Assembly (NCBI GenBank): GCA_019637795.1
Contig: JAHBUY010000006.1
Span: 114,330 to 178,329, forward strand
Origin: a bacterium
Lineage (GTDB): Bacteria; Desulfobacterota; Binatia; HRBIN30; CADEER01
Reading direction: 5' to 3'
DNA length: 64,000 nucleotides
Shown: positions 38,191 to 48,504 of the stretch, piece by piece
Position numbering within the stretch: position 1 is the stretch's first letter
Layout: the number at the start of each line of letters is the position of its first letter
Notes under the pieces: model-generated
Told to the model about the DNA's origin: nothing
Database searches by the model: none
The model's input: the letters and a program-made list of their open reading frames with translations, nothing else
Made by a program: the position numbers and the translations under genes

Positions 38191-39451
38191 CGGGGTCGAG
38201 CAGGTGGAAGACCAGGCCGGTCTGCAGCTTGGGAAAGAAGTACGTCGACTTCTGCGGCATCACCTGGCCGGCCAGGCAGGCGTCCGCCACCTCGCTCATC
38301 CGCGGCCGGCGCAGCAGGAAGGCGGCGCTGACGCCGTCGCGCTCCACCGCCTGCAGCGCCTGACGGTCGTCGTGCGTGTAGAGCAGCTCGCCGTCCTGGC
38401 CGGCGCGCCCGCAGTCGATCCCCAGCACGTGCCCGAGCAGGAAGCCGTCGAGCACCGTCACGTCGAGGTGGCGGATGATCGGCTGGATGGCGGGCAGCGC
38501 GCGGTCGACGGCGGCGAGATCCCTGAGGCGCAGCACGCCCGTCCTGGTCGGCGTGCGCACGCCGATGCACCCCGGCTCGCGCGCCGCCGCCAGGCGGGCG
38601 AGCACGGTCGCGGCGTCGGCCGCCTCGAAGGTGAAGTGCGCCGCCGCCCGCTCCAGCGCCGCCTCGCCGAAGGCGCCGCGCCACAGGCGGTGGGTCGGCA
38701 GCACCACCAGGCCCGGATCGTCCATCGAGCAGAGGTACATCAGCATGAAGTTGTGCGGCGCGTCCGGGGCGGTGTCGCCGGCGGCGTGGCGCTGGTCGCG
38801 ATAGGTGAGCGCGGTTTCGTAGCGATGGTGGCCGTCGGCGATGAACAGCTTGCTGTCGCGCAGCGCCGCGATGATCTGGTCGATGGCGGCGGCGTCGCGC
38901 ACGCGCCAGACGCGATGCCGCTGGCCGCCCTCCTCGACGTCGATCCAGGGCGCGGTCGACGACGCCAGCGCCCGGGCCGGCGCGGCGGCGGCGGCGCGAT
39001 TCGGATAGACGCCGAAGATCGGGCTCAGGTTGGCCCGGCAGGCCTGCATCAGCTTCAGGCGGTCCGCCTTGGCGCTGGCGAAGGTGCGCTCGTGCGGCAG
39101 GATGTTGCCGTTGCTGAACGGTTGCAGCCGCACCGCGGCGAGCAGGCCGCTGCGCTGGTGCCGGCTGCCGTCGGCGAGCGCGAAGTCCTGCACGTACCAG
39201 TAGAGCGCCGGCTCGCGGTCCTGCACCAGCACGCCGCGGGCGCGCCAGTCCTCGAGCGCCGCCGCCGATGCGGCATAGCGATCGGGCGCGGTGTTGAGGA
39301 TCAGCCGCACCACGTTGAGCGGGCTACGGGCGTACAGTCGCTCGAGCTCGGCGGCGTCGATCACGTCGTAGGGCGGCGCGATCACGTCGGCCAGCGGCCC
39401 GGCGACGTTGGCATCGTAGTGCAGGGCGCGAAACGGTCGGAATTCGATCAT
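38183..39451 (-). CDS. DUF1015-family protein
   Basis: MIEFRPFRALHYD...IAPPYDVI N-terminus and an internal IADGHHRYETA; stop overlaps the downstream gene start by 8 nt. Trimmed from track ORF 38183..39745. Confidence 0.6.
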   Translation of the reverse strand: MIEFRPFRALHYDANVAGPLADVIAPPYDVIDAAELERLYARSPLNVVRLILNTAPDRYAASAAALEDWRARGVLVQDREPALYWYVQDFALADGSRHQRSGLLAAVRLQPFSNGNILPHERTFASAKADRLKLMQACRANLSPIFGVYPNRAAAAAPARALASSTAPWIDVEEGGQRHRVWRVRDAAAIDQIIAALRDSKLFIADGHHRYETALTYRDQRHAAGDTAPDAPHNFMLMYLCSMDDPGLVVLPTHRLWRGAFGEAALERAAAHFTFEAADAATVLARLAAAREPGCIGVRTPTRTGVLRLRDLAAVDRALPAIQPIIRHLDVTVLDGFLLGHVLGIDCGRAGQDGELLYTHDDRQALQAVERDGVSAAFLLRRPRMSEVADACLAGQVMPQKSTYFFPKLQTGLVFHLLDPDA

Positions 39452-39542
39452 TGGAACACCTTCGTTCACCGCCGAGACGCCGAGCCGCAGAGCGCTTCCC
39501 GTTCCATGGCGAGCGGCTCCGCGCCTCGGCGGTGGAATGTCT

Positions 39543-40043
39543 TCAGAGTTTGGCCTGCAGCTTGGCGTCCTTCTCCGCCACTTTCGCCGCCATGTCCTGC
39601 TTGAACCGATCCAGCTTGGCCGCCAGCTCGGCGTCGCCGACGGCGAGGATCTGGGCCGCCAGGATGCCGGCGTTCTCGGCGCCGCCGACGGCGACGGTGG
39701 CCACCGGCATGCCGCTCGGCATCTGCACCGTCGAGAGCAGCGCATCGAGGCCGCGCAGGCTGGTGGCGTCGAGCGGCACGCCGATCACCGGCCGCGTCGT
39801 GTGCGCGGCGACGACGCCGGCGAGGTGCGCGGCGGCCCCGGCGCCGGCGATGAACACCGCGATGCCGCGCCGCGGCGCGTCGCTGACGTATTCGGTCACC
39901 CGGGCCGGCGTCCGGTGCGCCGACATGACGTGCACCTCGCAGCCGATGCCGAACGCCCGCAGGCGGTCGACGGCGCCCTTCATCACCTCCCAGTCGCTGT
40001 CGCTGCCCATCAACACCGCCACGCGTGCCGCTGCTGTCGTCAT
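39543..40043 (-). CDS. purE: N5-carboxyaminoimidazole ribonucleotide mutase
   Basis: VAVLMGSDSDWEVMKGA...VFIAGAGAAAHLAGVVAAHTTRPVIGVP. Confidence 0.85.
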   Translation of the reverse strand: MTTAAARVAVLMGSDSDWEVMKGAVDRLRAFGIGCEVHVMSAHRTPARVTEYVSDAPRRGIAVFIAGAGAAAHLAGVVAAHTTRPVIGVPLDATSLRGLDALLSTVQMPSGMPVATVAVGGAENAGILAAQILAVGDAELAAKLDRFKQDMAAKVAEKDAKLQAKL

Positions 40044-41317
40044 CGTTCCCGCTCCATGGCGCGATGGCCGATGTCGCGCCGGCAATGCATTCCGTCCCAC
40101 GTGATCTGATCGACGGCGCGATAGGCCGCCGCCGCCGCCGCGGTGACGTCGCGCCCCAGCGCCGTGACGCCGAGGACGCGGCCGCCGTTGGTCACCACCT
40201 CGCCATCGCGCCGCGCCGTGCCGGCGTGGAACACCATGCCGTCGCGCCAGTCGCGCAGCGCCTCGAGCCCGCGGATCGGCTTGCCGCGTTCGTAGTTGCC
40301 CGGATAGCCGCCGGCGGCGAGCACGACGCAGACCGCCGGCCGCGGATCCCAGTCCAGCGTCGTGCCGGCGAGCGCCCCGCGCGCGACGGCGTCCATCACC
40401 GCCGCCAGGTCGCCGGCGAAGCGCATGAGCAGCGCCTGGCACTCGGGGTCGCCGAAGCGGCAGTTGAACTCCAGCACCTTGGGCCCCTCGGCGGTGATCA
40501 TCAGGCCGGCGTAGAGCACGCCGGTATACACGATCTTGCGCTCGGCGAGCGCCCGCACCACCGGTTCCATGATCTCGCGCATGATGCGGTCGTGCAGCGC
40601 CGGCGTCAGCACCGGCGCCGGCGAGTAGGCGCCCATGCCGCCGGTGTTCGGGCCGGCGTCGCCGTCGAAGGCGCGCTTGTGGTCCTGCGACGACGCCAGC
40701 GGCAGCACCGTGGCGCCGTCGGTGAGGGCCATGAAGGACACCTCCTCGCCCGCCAGGAGCTCCTCGATGACCAGGCGGTCGCCAGCCGCGCCGAAGGTGC
40801 GCCAGCGCATGATCTCGTCGATCGCCTTCTCGGCCTCGGCGGCCGTCTCGCAGAGCAGCACGCCCTTGCCCGCCGCCAGGCCGTCCGCCTTGACGACGAT
40901 CGGCGCCCCGACCTCGTGCACGTAGCGCACCGCCTCGTCGGGATCGGTGAAGCTGGAGAAGAAGCCGGTCGGCACCTTGGCGCGCCGCATCAGCTCCTTG
41001 GCGAACGTCTTGCTGCCCTCGAGCTGCGCCGCCGCCCGCGTCGGCCCGAACCCGCGCACGCCGGCGTCGCGCAGCGCGTCGATGACGCCCAGGGTCAGCG
41101 GCAGCTCGGGCCCGGGGACGACGAGGTCGACCTGGTGCTCGCGCGCGAAGGCGACGATGCCCGGCAGATCGGTGACATCGATCGCCACCGGCTCGGCCAG
41201 CTCGTCGATGCCGGCATTGCCCGGCGCGCACCAGATGCGGTCCACCAACGGCGACTGCCGCAGCTTCCACACCAGCGCGTGCTCGCGCCCGCCGCCGCCG
41301 AGAACCAGAATCTTCAT
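40040..41317 (-). CDS. purD: phosphoribosylamine--glycine ligase
   Basis: [15 protein letters not shown]...ATP-grasp...[10 protein letters not shown]; 4-nt overlap with the purE start. Confidence 0.9.
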   Translation of the reverse strand: MKILVLGGGGREHALVWKLRQSPLVDRIWCAPGNAGIDELAEPVAIDVTDLPGIVAFAREHQVDLVVPGPELPLTLGVIDALRDAGVRGFGPTRAAAQLEGSKTFAKELMRRAKVPTGFFSSFTDPDEAVRYVHEVGAPIVVKADGLAAGKGVLLCETAAEAEKAIDEIMRWRTFGAAGDRLVIEELLAGEEVSFMALTDGATVLPLASSQDHKRAFDGDAGPNTGGMGAYSPAPVLTPALHDRIMREIMEPVVRALAERKIVYTGVLYAGLMITAEGPKVLEFNCRFGDPECQALLMRFAGDLAAVMDAVARGALAGTTLDWDPRPAVCVVLAAGGYPGNYERGKPIRGLEALRDWRDGMVFHAGTARRDGEVVTNGGRVLGVTALGRDVTAAAAAAYRAVDQITWDGMHCRRDIGHRAMERER

Positions 41318-41393
41318 ACCATCCCTGCACACGGAGAAACGGACAGCGGCGCCGGCTCCCTCCGCTGCCTCGCTGCGCCGCGCGACATCCCGT

Positions 41394-42944
<1,551 letters not shown>

Positions 42945-43079
42945 GCTCGCCTCCTCATCCCCACGGGTGCTGCGAAACGCTGGTGGTGTGGTGGTGCTTC
43001 GATCGAAGATGTTGTGGTCGGACGCCTACCAAAGGCCCCCCATGTTGTAAAGAAACCGTCCGGCGACTACTCATCGCCC

Positions 43080-43280
43080 ATGCGCGTCACGGTGAACGGC
43101 GACGCGCGCGAGCTGGCCGACGGCGCCACCGTCGAGCAGTTGGTGCGCGAGCTGGGCCTCGGCGCGCGCCGCATCGCGGTCGAGATCAACCTCGACGTCG
43201 TGCCGCGCGCCGAGCTGGCGCAGCGCCGGCTGCGCGACGGCGACGTGGTCGAGATCGTGCAATTCATCGGTGGAGGGTGA
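43080..43280 (+). CDS. thiS: sulfur-carrier protein ThiS
   Basis: 66 aa ending GG ([10 protein letters not shown]); directly upstream of thiG. Confidence 0.7.
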   Translation: MRVTVNGDARELADGATVEQLVRELGLGARRIAVEINLDVVPRAELAQRRLRDGDVVEIVQFIGGG

Positions 43281-43285
43281 GCCCC

Positions 43286-44080
43286 ATGACGGCGGCAGCG
43301 GACCTGTTCGAGCTGGGCGGCAAGACGTACCGCTCGCGCCTCATCGTCGGCACCGGGAAGTATCGGGACTTCGCCCAGACGCGCGCCGCGATCGACGCCG
43401 CCGGCGCCGAGATCGTCACCGTCGCCGTGCGGCGCGTGAACATCACCGATCCCACGCAGGAGAACCTGCTCGACGCGCTCGACCTCTCGCGCATCACCAT
43501 CCTGCCCAACACCGCCGGCTGCTACACCGCCGCCGACGCCATCCGCACCGCCCGCCTGGCGCGCGAGGCGGGGGTCGGCTCGCTCGTGAAGGTCGAGGTG
43601 ATCGGCGACGAGCGCACCCTCTTCCCCGACGTGCCGGCGACCATCGAGGCGGCGCGCGTGCTGGTGCAGGAGGGCTTCACGGTGCTGCCCTACATCACCG
43701 ACGATCCGGTCGCCTGCAGACGCCTCGAGGAGATCGGCTGCGCCGCGGTGATGCCGCTGGCGGCGCCGATCGGCTCCGGGCTCGGCATCCGCAATCCGTA
43801 CAACCTGCGCATCATCCTCGAGCAGAGCCGGGTGCCGGTGATCGTCGACGCCGGCGTCGGCACGGCGTCGGACGTCGCCCTGGCGATGGAGCTCGGCTGC
43901 CATGCCGTGCTCCTCAACACCGCCATCGCCGGCGCGCAGGACCCGATCCTGATGGCGGAGGCGATGCGCCTCGGCGTCGAGGCCGGGCGCAAGGCCTTCC
44001 TCGCCGGGCGCATCCCGCGCAAGCTGTACGCGACGGCGTCGAGCCCAGTGGACGGACTGATCCACGAAGAACGCCCATGA
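43286..44080 (+). CDS. thiG: thiazole synthase
   Basis: [15 protein letters not shown]...VKVEVIGDE...TVLPY...[15 protein letters not shown]; GGAGGG RBS. Confidence 0.9.
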   Translation: MTAAADLFELGGKTYRSRLIVGTGKYRDFAQTRAAIDAAGAEIVTVAVRRVNITDPTQENLLDALDLSRITILPNTAGCYTAADAIRTARLAREAGVGSLVKVEVIGDERTLFPDVPATIEAARVLVQEGFTVLPYITDDPVACRRLEEIGCAAVMPLAAPIGSGLGIRNPYNLRIILEQSRVPVIVDAGVGTASDVALAMELGCHAVLLNTAIAGAQDPILMAEAMRLGVEAGRKAFLAGRIPRKLYATASSPVDGLIHEERP

Positions 44081-44162
44081 GCGCGGCGCGAGGCGGCGGC
44101 GGCGCGGCGACGCCGCCCCGTCGGGCGGCGTCGTGCACCTCGACGTTCCGCGCGCTCCCGCG

Positions 44163-44807
44163 ATGAGCGATCCGCGCCGCTGGGGCCTGTATCTGGTCAC
44201 CGATCGGATGCAGACCCGTGGCCGCCCGCTGCTCGACGTGGTGACGGCGGCGCTGCGCGGCTGCGTCGGGGCGGTGCAGGTGCGCGAGCGCGACCTCGCG
44301 ACGCGGCCGCTGCTGGCGCTCGCCACCGCGCTGCGCGGCGCGACCCGCGCCGCCGGCGCGGCGCTGCTGATCAACGATCGCGTCGACGTCGCGCTCGCCT
44401 GCGACGCCGACGGCGTCCACCTGCCCGGGCACTCGTTCGCCGTCGCCGAGGCGCGGGCGCTGCTCGGGCCGCGGCGGCTGATCGGCGTCTCGACCCATCA
44501 TCCCGACGAGATCGCCGCGGCGGCCGCCGCCGGCGCCGACTTCGCGGTGTTCGGCCCGATCTTCGCCACGCCGTCGAAGGCGGCCTTCGGGCCGCCGCTC
44601 GGGCTCGCCGCGCTCGCCGCCGCCCGCGGCGCCGCGCCCGCCCTGCCCCTGCTCGCCATCGGCGGGGTCGACGCCACCAACGCGGCCGCGGTCCGCGCCG
44701 CCGGCGCCGACGGCATCGCCGTCATCCGCGCACTGCTTGCCGCCGACGATCCGGCGGCCGCCGCCGCGGCATTGCGCGCGGCTGCCGATCCACGGCCGGC
44801 TCGCTGA
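44163..44807 (+). CDS. thiE: thiamine-phosphate synthase
   Basis: LYLVTD...GADGVHLP...GVSTHHPDE...IGGV; the start could instead be the ATG at 44133. Confidence 0.8.
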   Translation: MSDPRRWGLYLVTDRMQTRGRPLLDVVTAALRGCVGAVQVRERDLATRPLLALATALRGATRAAGAALLINDRVDVALACDADGVHLPGHSFAVAEARALLGPRRLIGVSTHHPDEIAAAAAAGADFAVFGPIFATPSKAAFGPPLGLAALAAARGAAPALPLLAIGGVDATNAAAVRAAGADGIAVIRALLAADDPAAAAAALRAAADPRPAR

Positions 44808-44836
44808 CGCGCGCGCCGCCGACGGCAGGCGCCTGA

Positions 44837-47158
44837 TCAGCGCGCCCCGCTGCCGCGGCGGAGAATCGCGACTTTGAGCAGGTCGAGCAGCACCAGATAG
44901 ACCAGGACCGTCGCCAAGAGGGCAGCGACGACTTCCAGCGGCAGGGGCGCCATGAGCACGCCGCGGATCGCCAGAAGGCTGACGATGACGATGTCGGCCA
45001 CCGAGCTGATCACCATCCACCGGCTCGGACGCGACTGCCACAGGTGACCGCGCTCGCGGATGAGATAGACGGTGCCCTGACCGGTGAAGACCAGCGTCAG
45101 GAAGACCAGCGTGTGCAGGTGCGGCAGCGAGAGATGCAGCGCGTCGCGGCCGACGAAGAACACCGCCAGCGAGAGGAGCAGAATGAAGCTGGCGAGGATC
45201 AGCCCGTTCTCCATCAGGGGGCGGATGCGCCAGCGATCCGGGCGGCGCGAGAACGACACGTGATCGGTGGCGATCGACATCGTCACGAAGTCGTTGGTGA
45301 AGAGGAGCAGCAGCACGAGCAGCGGGGTGATGATGAAGGTCCCGGTCGCGATCACGCCGAGAGTCAGGAAGAAGGCGATCTCGACCGTCTTGATGATCTT
45401 GTTCAGGGTGTACGTCAGCATGCGCTGATAGATGCGACGGCTGGTCTCGATCGCCGCCAGCATGTCCGTGAGGCCGGGGGTGGTGAGCACGAGGCTGGCC
45501 GACGCCTTGGCGACGTCCGTGGCGTTGGCCACCGCGATGCCCACCTCGGACTGCGTCAGGGCTGGCGCGTCGTTGACGCCGTCTCCGGTCATGCCGACGA
45601 TGTGGCCGGCCTCCTGCAGGGCGCGCACCAGATTGAACTTGTCCTCCGGGAGGACTTCGGCGAAGACGCCGTAGGCCGTCGCGCCGGCGCCGCCGCGGCG
45701 CAGATCCTGCGCCGAGCACGCGGGTCCGTCGATGCCCACCTGGGCGGCGACCGTTCGCGCCGTGGCCAGGCTGTCACCGGTGACGAGCAGGACGCGCACG
45801 CCCATGTCGGCGAGCCCCGCGATCAGCGCGCGGGAATCGCCGCGGGGGGGATCGTGCAGCGCCACCAGGCCAACCAACTGGAGCCGGTCCCGCGATCCCG
45901 TCGCGACGGCCAGCACACGGTAGCCCTCGGCCCCCAAGCGCTGCACGTCGCCCTCCACGTCCGGCGGGTCGGCGAGTCGCGCCAGGACCGCCCGCGGCGC
46001 GCCCTTGAGGGTATGCACCGCGTGGCCGTCCGACTCGATGACCGTCTCGGCGATCTTGGTCGCGGGGTCGAAGGGAACGACGGCTTGCCGGCGCCCCATC
46101 GCCGTGGCGACGCCGCGTTCCCGGGCCTGCGAGAGGATGGCGAGATCGATCGGGTCCTGCGTCGCCTCGTCGCTCGCCTGGGCCGCGAAACGGAGCACAT
46201 CCAGCTCGCTGAACGGCGCCCGCGGCCGGACGGCCGCGACGCGCAGGCGGTTCTCGGTGATGGTGCCGGTCTTGTCGCTGCAGAGCACGTCCATCGCCGC
46301 CGCCTCCTCGATCGCCGAGAGGCGGGTCACCAGCACCCCGCGCCGCGCCAGCTCCACCCCGCCGAGCGCGGTCGCCAGCGTGAAGGTGGCGGGCAGCGCC
46401 ACCGGAACCGAGGCGACGAGCAGGATCAGGGCGAACGGCAGCGTCTCCGAATACGGCAGTCCGGCGAAGACCGCATACCCGAGCAGGGCGGCGATGAGCA
46501 CCACGTCCATGGCGACGAGATACGTCACGATGCTGACGATGAGGCTCTGGAGATGACTGGCCGTTCTGGCCGACTGCACCAGCTCCGCGGTGCGGCCGAA
46601 GAACGTGCGCTGGCCGGTGGCGGTCACCTCGCCGCTCGCCTCGCCGCGTTTGACCTGCGCGCCGGCATAGGCGGTCGCGCCGCCCCGCAGATCGACCGGC
46701 AGCGACTCGCCGGTCAGCGCCGACTGGTCGACCAACACCTGCCCGTCGACCAACCCGACGTCGGCGGGAACGATGTCGCCCATCCGCAGGTGGACGACGT
46801 CGCCTGGCACGATCGTCTCGGCCGGCACCAACGACCACTGACCGTCGCGCAGCGCCCGCACCTGCACGACCAGACGCTGCCGCAGCAGCGCCACCGCGCT
46901 GCGGGCGCGGCGTTCCTGAATGCCGCTCATCACGGCGTTGAACACCAGGAGGACGGCGACGATCGCCGCTTCCAGGCGCCTGCCGAGGGCGAGCTCGAGC
47001 GCGACGGTCGCTTCGAGCATCCAGGGCACGGGCCCCCAGAGCTTCGCCGCCAGTGAGAGCAGTAGATGGCGCCGCTGCTCGGGGACCGCGTTCGGCCCCA
47101 CCGCGGCGAGCCGACGAGCCGCCTCGTCGCTGGTGAGCCCGCGCGGCTCCGCTACCAC
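44837..47158 (-). CDS. P-type ATPase, type III (plasma-membrane H+/Mg2+-ATPase-like)
   Basis: CSDKTGTITENR phosphorylation site, TGES actuator, MTGDGVNDAPAL hinge; 773 aa. Confidence 0.85.
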   Translation of the reverse strand: MVAEPRGLTSDEAARRLAAVGPNAVPEQRRHLLLSLAAKLWGPVPWMLEATVALELALGRRLEAAIVAVLLVFNAVMSGIQERRARSAVALLRQRLVVQVRALRDGQWSLVPAETIVPGDVVHLRMGDIVPADVGLVDGQVLVDQSALTGESLPVDLRGGATAYAGAQVKRGEASGEVTATGQRTFFGRTAELVQSARTASHLQSLIVSIVTYLVAMDVVLIAALLGYAVFAGLPYSETLPFALILLVASVPVALPATFTLATALGGVELARRGVLVTRLSAIEEAAAMDVLCSDKTGTITENRLRVAAVRPRAPFSELDVLRFAAQASDEATQDPIDLAILSQARERGVATAMGRRQAVVPFDPATKIAETVIESDGHAVHTLKGAPRAVLARLADPPDVEGDVQRLGAEGYRVLAVATGSRDRLQLVGLVALHDPPRGDSRALIAGLADMGVRVLLVTGDSLATARTVAAQVGIDGPACSAQDLRRGGAGATAYGVFAEVLPEDKFNLVRALQEAGHIVGMTGDGVNDAPALTQSEVGIAVANATDVAKASASLVLTTPGLTDMLAAIETSRRIYQRMLTYTLNKIIKTVEIAFFLTLGVIATGTFIITPLLVLLLLFTNDFVTMSIATDHVSFSRRPDRWRIRPLMENGLILASFILLLSLAVFFVGRDALHLSLPHLHTLVFLTLVFTGQGTVYLIRERGHLWQSRPSRWMVISSVADIVIVSLLAIRGVLMAPLPLEVVAALLATVLVYLVLLDLLKVAILRRGSGAR

Positions 47159-47194
47159 GTCACGGCTCCGCGACGCCGCGCCGGCCGCCGGCGT

Positions 47195-47635
47195 TCACGG
47201 CTCGGCGGTCGGGGGCGGCGGCGCCGCACCGGGAGTGAGCCGCCGGTGCGGCCGGCTGGCGAGCGCCGCCGCGCACGCGGGCGAAAGCTGATCCGCGTGC
47301 CCCAGCAGGCACTGGCCGATGCGGCCCTGCCCCGCCGCCACGTCCTTGCAGAGCCTGGCGATGTCGGCCTCACAGTCGCGCCGCAGCGCGCCACCCATCG
47401 ACCGGCCGCCAGCGGCCGGCCCGCCGCCGCGCCCCATGCTGCTGATCGCGTCCTGGCAGGCCGGGGACAGCTCGGAGCCGTGCTGGCGCAGGCACTGCAT
47501 CATCCTCCCGCCGCCCGGCCGGGCGCTGGCGCAGAAGCGCTGCAGGTCCGCGTCGCAGGCCGCCGGCGGACCCTGGGCAGCGGCGGCGGACATCCACCAC
47601 AACGTCGTCACCACGATTGCGCCAGCGAGTCGCAT
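47195..47635 (-). CDS. secreted protein with two FGFR-type Cys-rich repeats
   Basis: Two copies of C-x2-D[LI]-x-R[FL]C-x7-G-R[MI]-x-QCL-x2-H-x3-LSPAC; signal peptide MRLAGAIVVTTLWWMSAAAAQG. Confidence 0.6.
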   Translation of the reverse strand: MRLAGAIVVTTLWWMSAAAAQGPPAACDADLQRFCASARPGGGRMMQCLRQHGSELSPACQDAISSMGRGGGPAAGGRSMGGALRRDCEADIARLCKDVAAGQGRIGQCLLGHADQLSPACAAALASRPHRRLTPGAAPPPPTAEP

Positions 47636-47847
47636 GACCCCTCCGCTTCGACGATGATCCACTCATTCCATAGCCCGCCGCGGCGACAGCTCAAGTGCTG
47701 AGGCGCGGCAGGCGAAGGATTCCGTCCCCGACGGGCGAGGCGGATCCTCGAGCGGCGAGACGCCCGGCCCACCGTGGCGGCGGAGCCAGGCGCGGCGTAT
47801 CGAAGCACTCGTCGCGACGTGGCCGACCCGGTTCGACGCGGGCGGCC

Positions 47848-48504
47848 CTACGGCTCGATGATGTGCTCGCGGATGGCGTAGCGCACCAGCTCGCTCAGCG
47901 AGCGCAGATTGAGCTTGCGCATGATGTTGTAGCGATGGGTCTCGCAGGTATTGACGCTGATCCCCAGTGCCGCGGCGATCTCCTTGTTCGTGCGGCCCTC
48001 CGCGAGGAGGAGCACGATCTCTCGCTCGCGCGCGGTCAAGCGGTCCCGCCGCGTGTTGCCGCTGCCGGCGTGGTCCGGGTTCAGGAACCCGTCCAGGACG
48101 AGGGAGGTGGCCGTCGCCGTCAGGTACGGCTGATGTCGGCTCAGGTTCGCGACCGCGTTGCCGAGGACCTCCGCGGCGTCCGTCTTCAGGACGAAGCCGC
48201 GCGCCCCCGCCGCCAGGGCTTCGCGCGCCAGTGCCTCCGAGTCGTGCATGGTGAGGATCAGGACCTCGGTGGCGGGCAGCATCCTGCGGATGAGTCGGGC
48301 CGCGTCCAACCCATTGAGCTCCGGCATCGCGATGTCGAGCACGACGACGTCCGGTCGCAGCGCCTTCGCTTTCGCGACCGCCTCGCGGCCGGTAGCGGCC
48401 TCGCCGCAGATGGTGCAGCTCGGCTGCGCCTCGAGCACCCGTCGCAGCCCCTCACGGACCACCCCGTGATCGTCGGCGATCAGAATCCGCGTCGTGCGCG
48501 TCAT
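47848..48504 (-). CDS. NarL/FixJ-family response regulator (receiver plus LuxR-type HTH)
   Basis: ILIADDHGVVREGL...VVLDIAMPELNG... and a C-terminal EREIVLLLAEGRTNKEIAAALGISVNTCETHR. Confidence 0.85.
   Translation of the reverse strand: MTRTTRILIADDHGVVREGLRRVLEAQPSCTICGEAATGREAVAKAKALRPDVVVLDIAMPELNGLDAARLIRRMLPATEVLILTMHDSEALAREALAAGARGFVLKTDAAEVLGNAVANLSRHQPYLTATATSLVLDGFLNPDHAGSGNTRRDRLTAREREIVLLLAEGRTNKEIAAALGISVNTCETHRYNIMRKLNLRSLSELVRYAIREHIIEP

Noticed and set aside
42945-43079. TPP riboswitch upstream of thiS
   Set aside because: I searched both strands for CUGAGA and the ACCUGAUC...UAAUACC core and found neither. I kept it only as a negative observation (see findings).
43270-44166. 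298-aa + strand ORF in the thiG region
   Set aside because: Wrong frame. The thiG signature is in the 43286..44080 frame.
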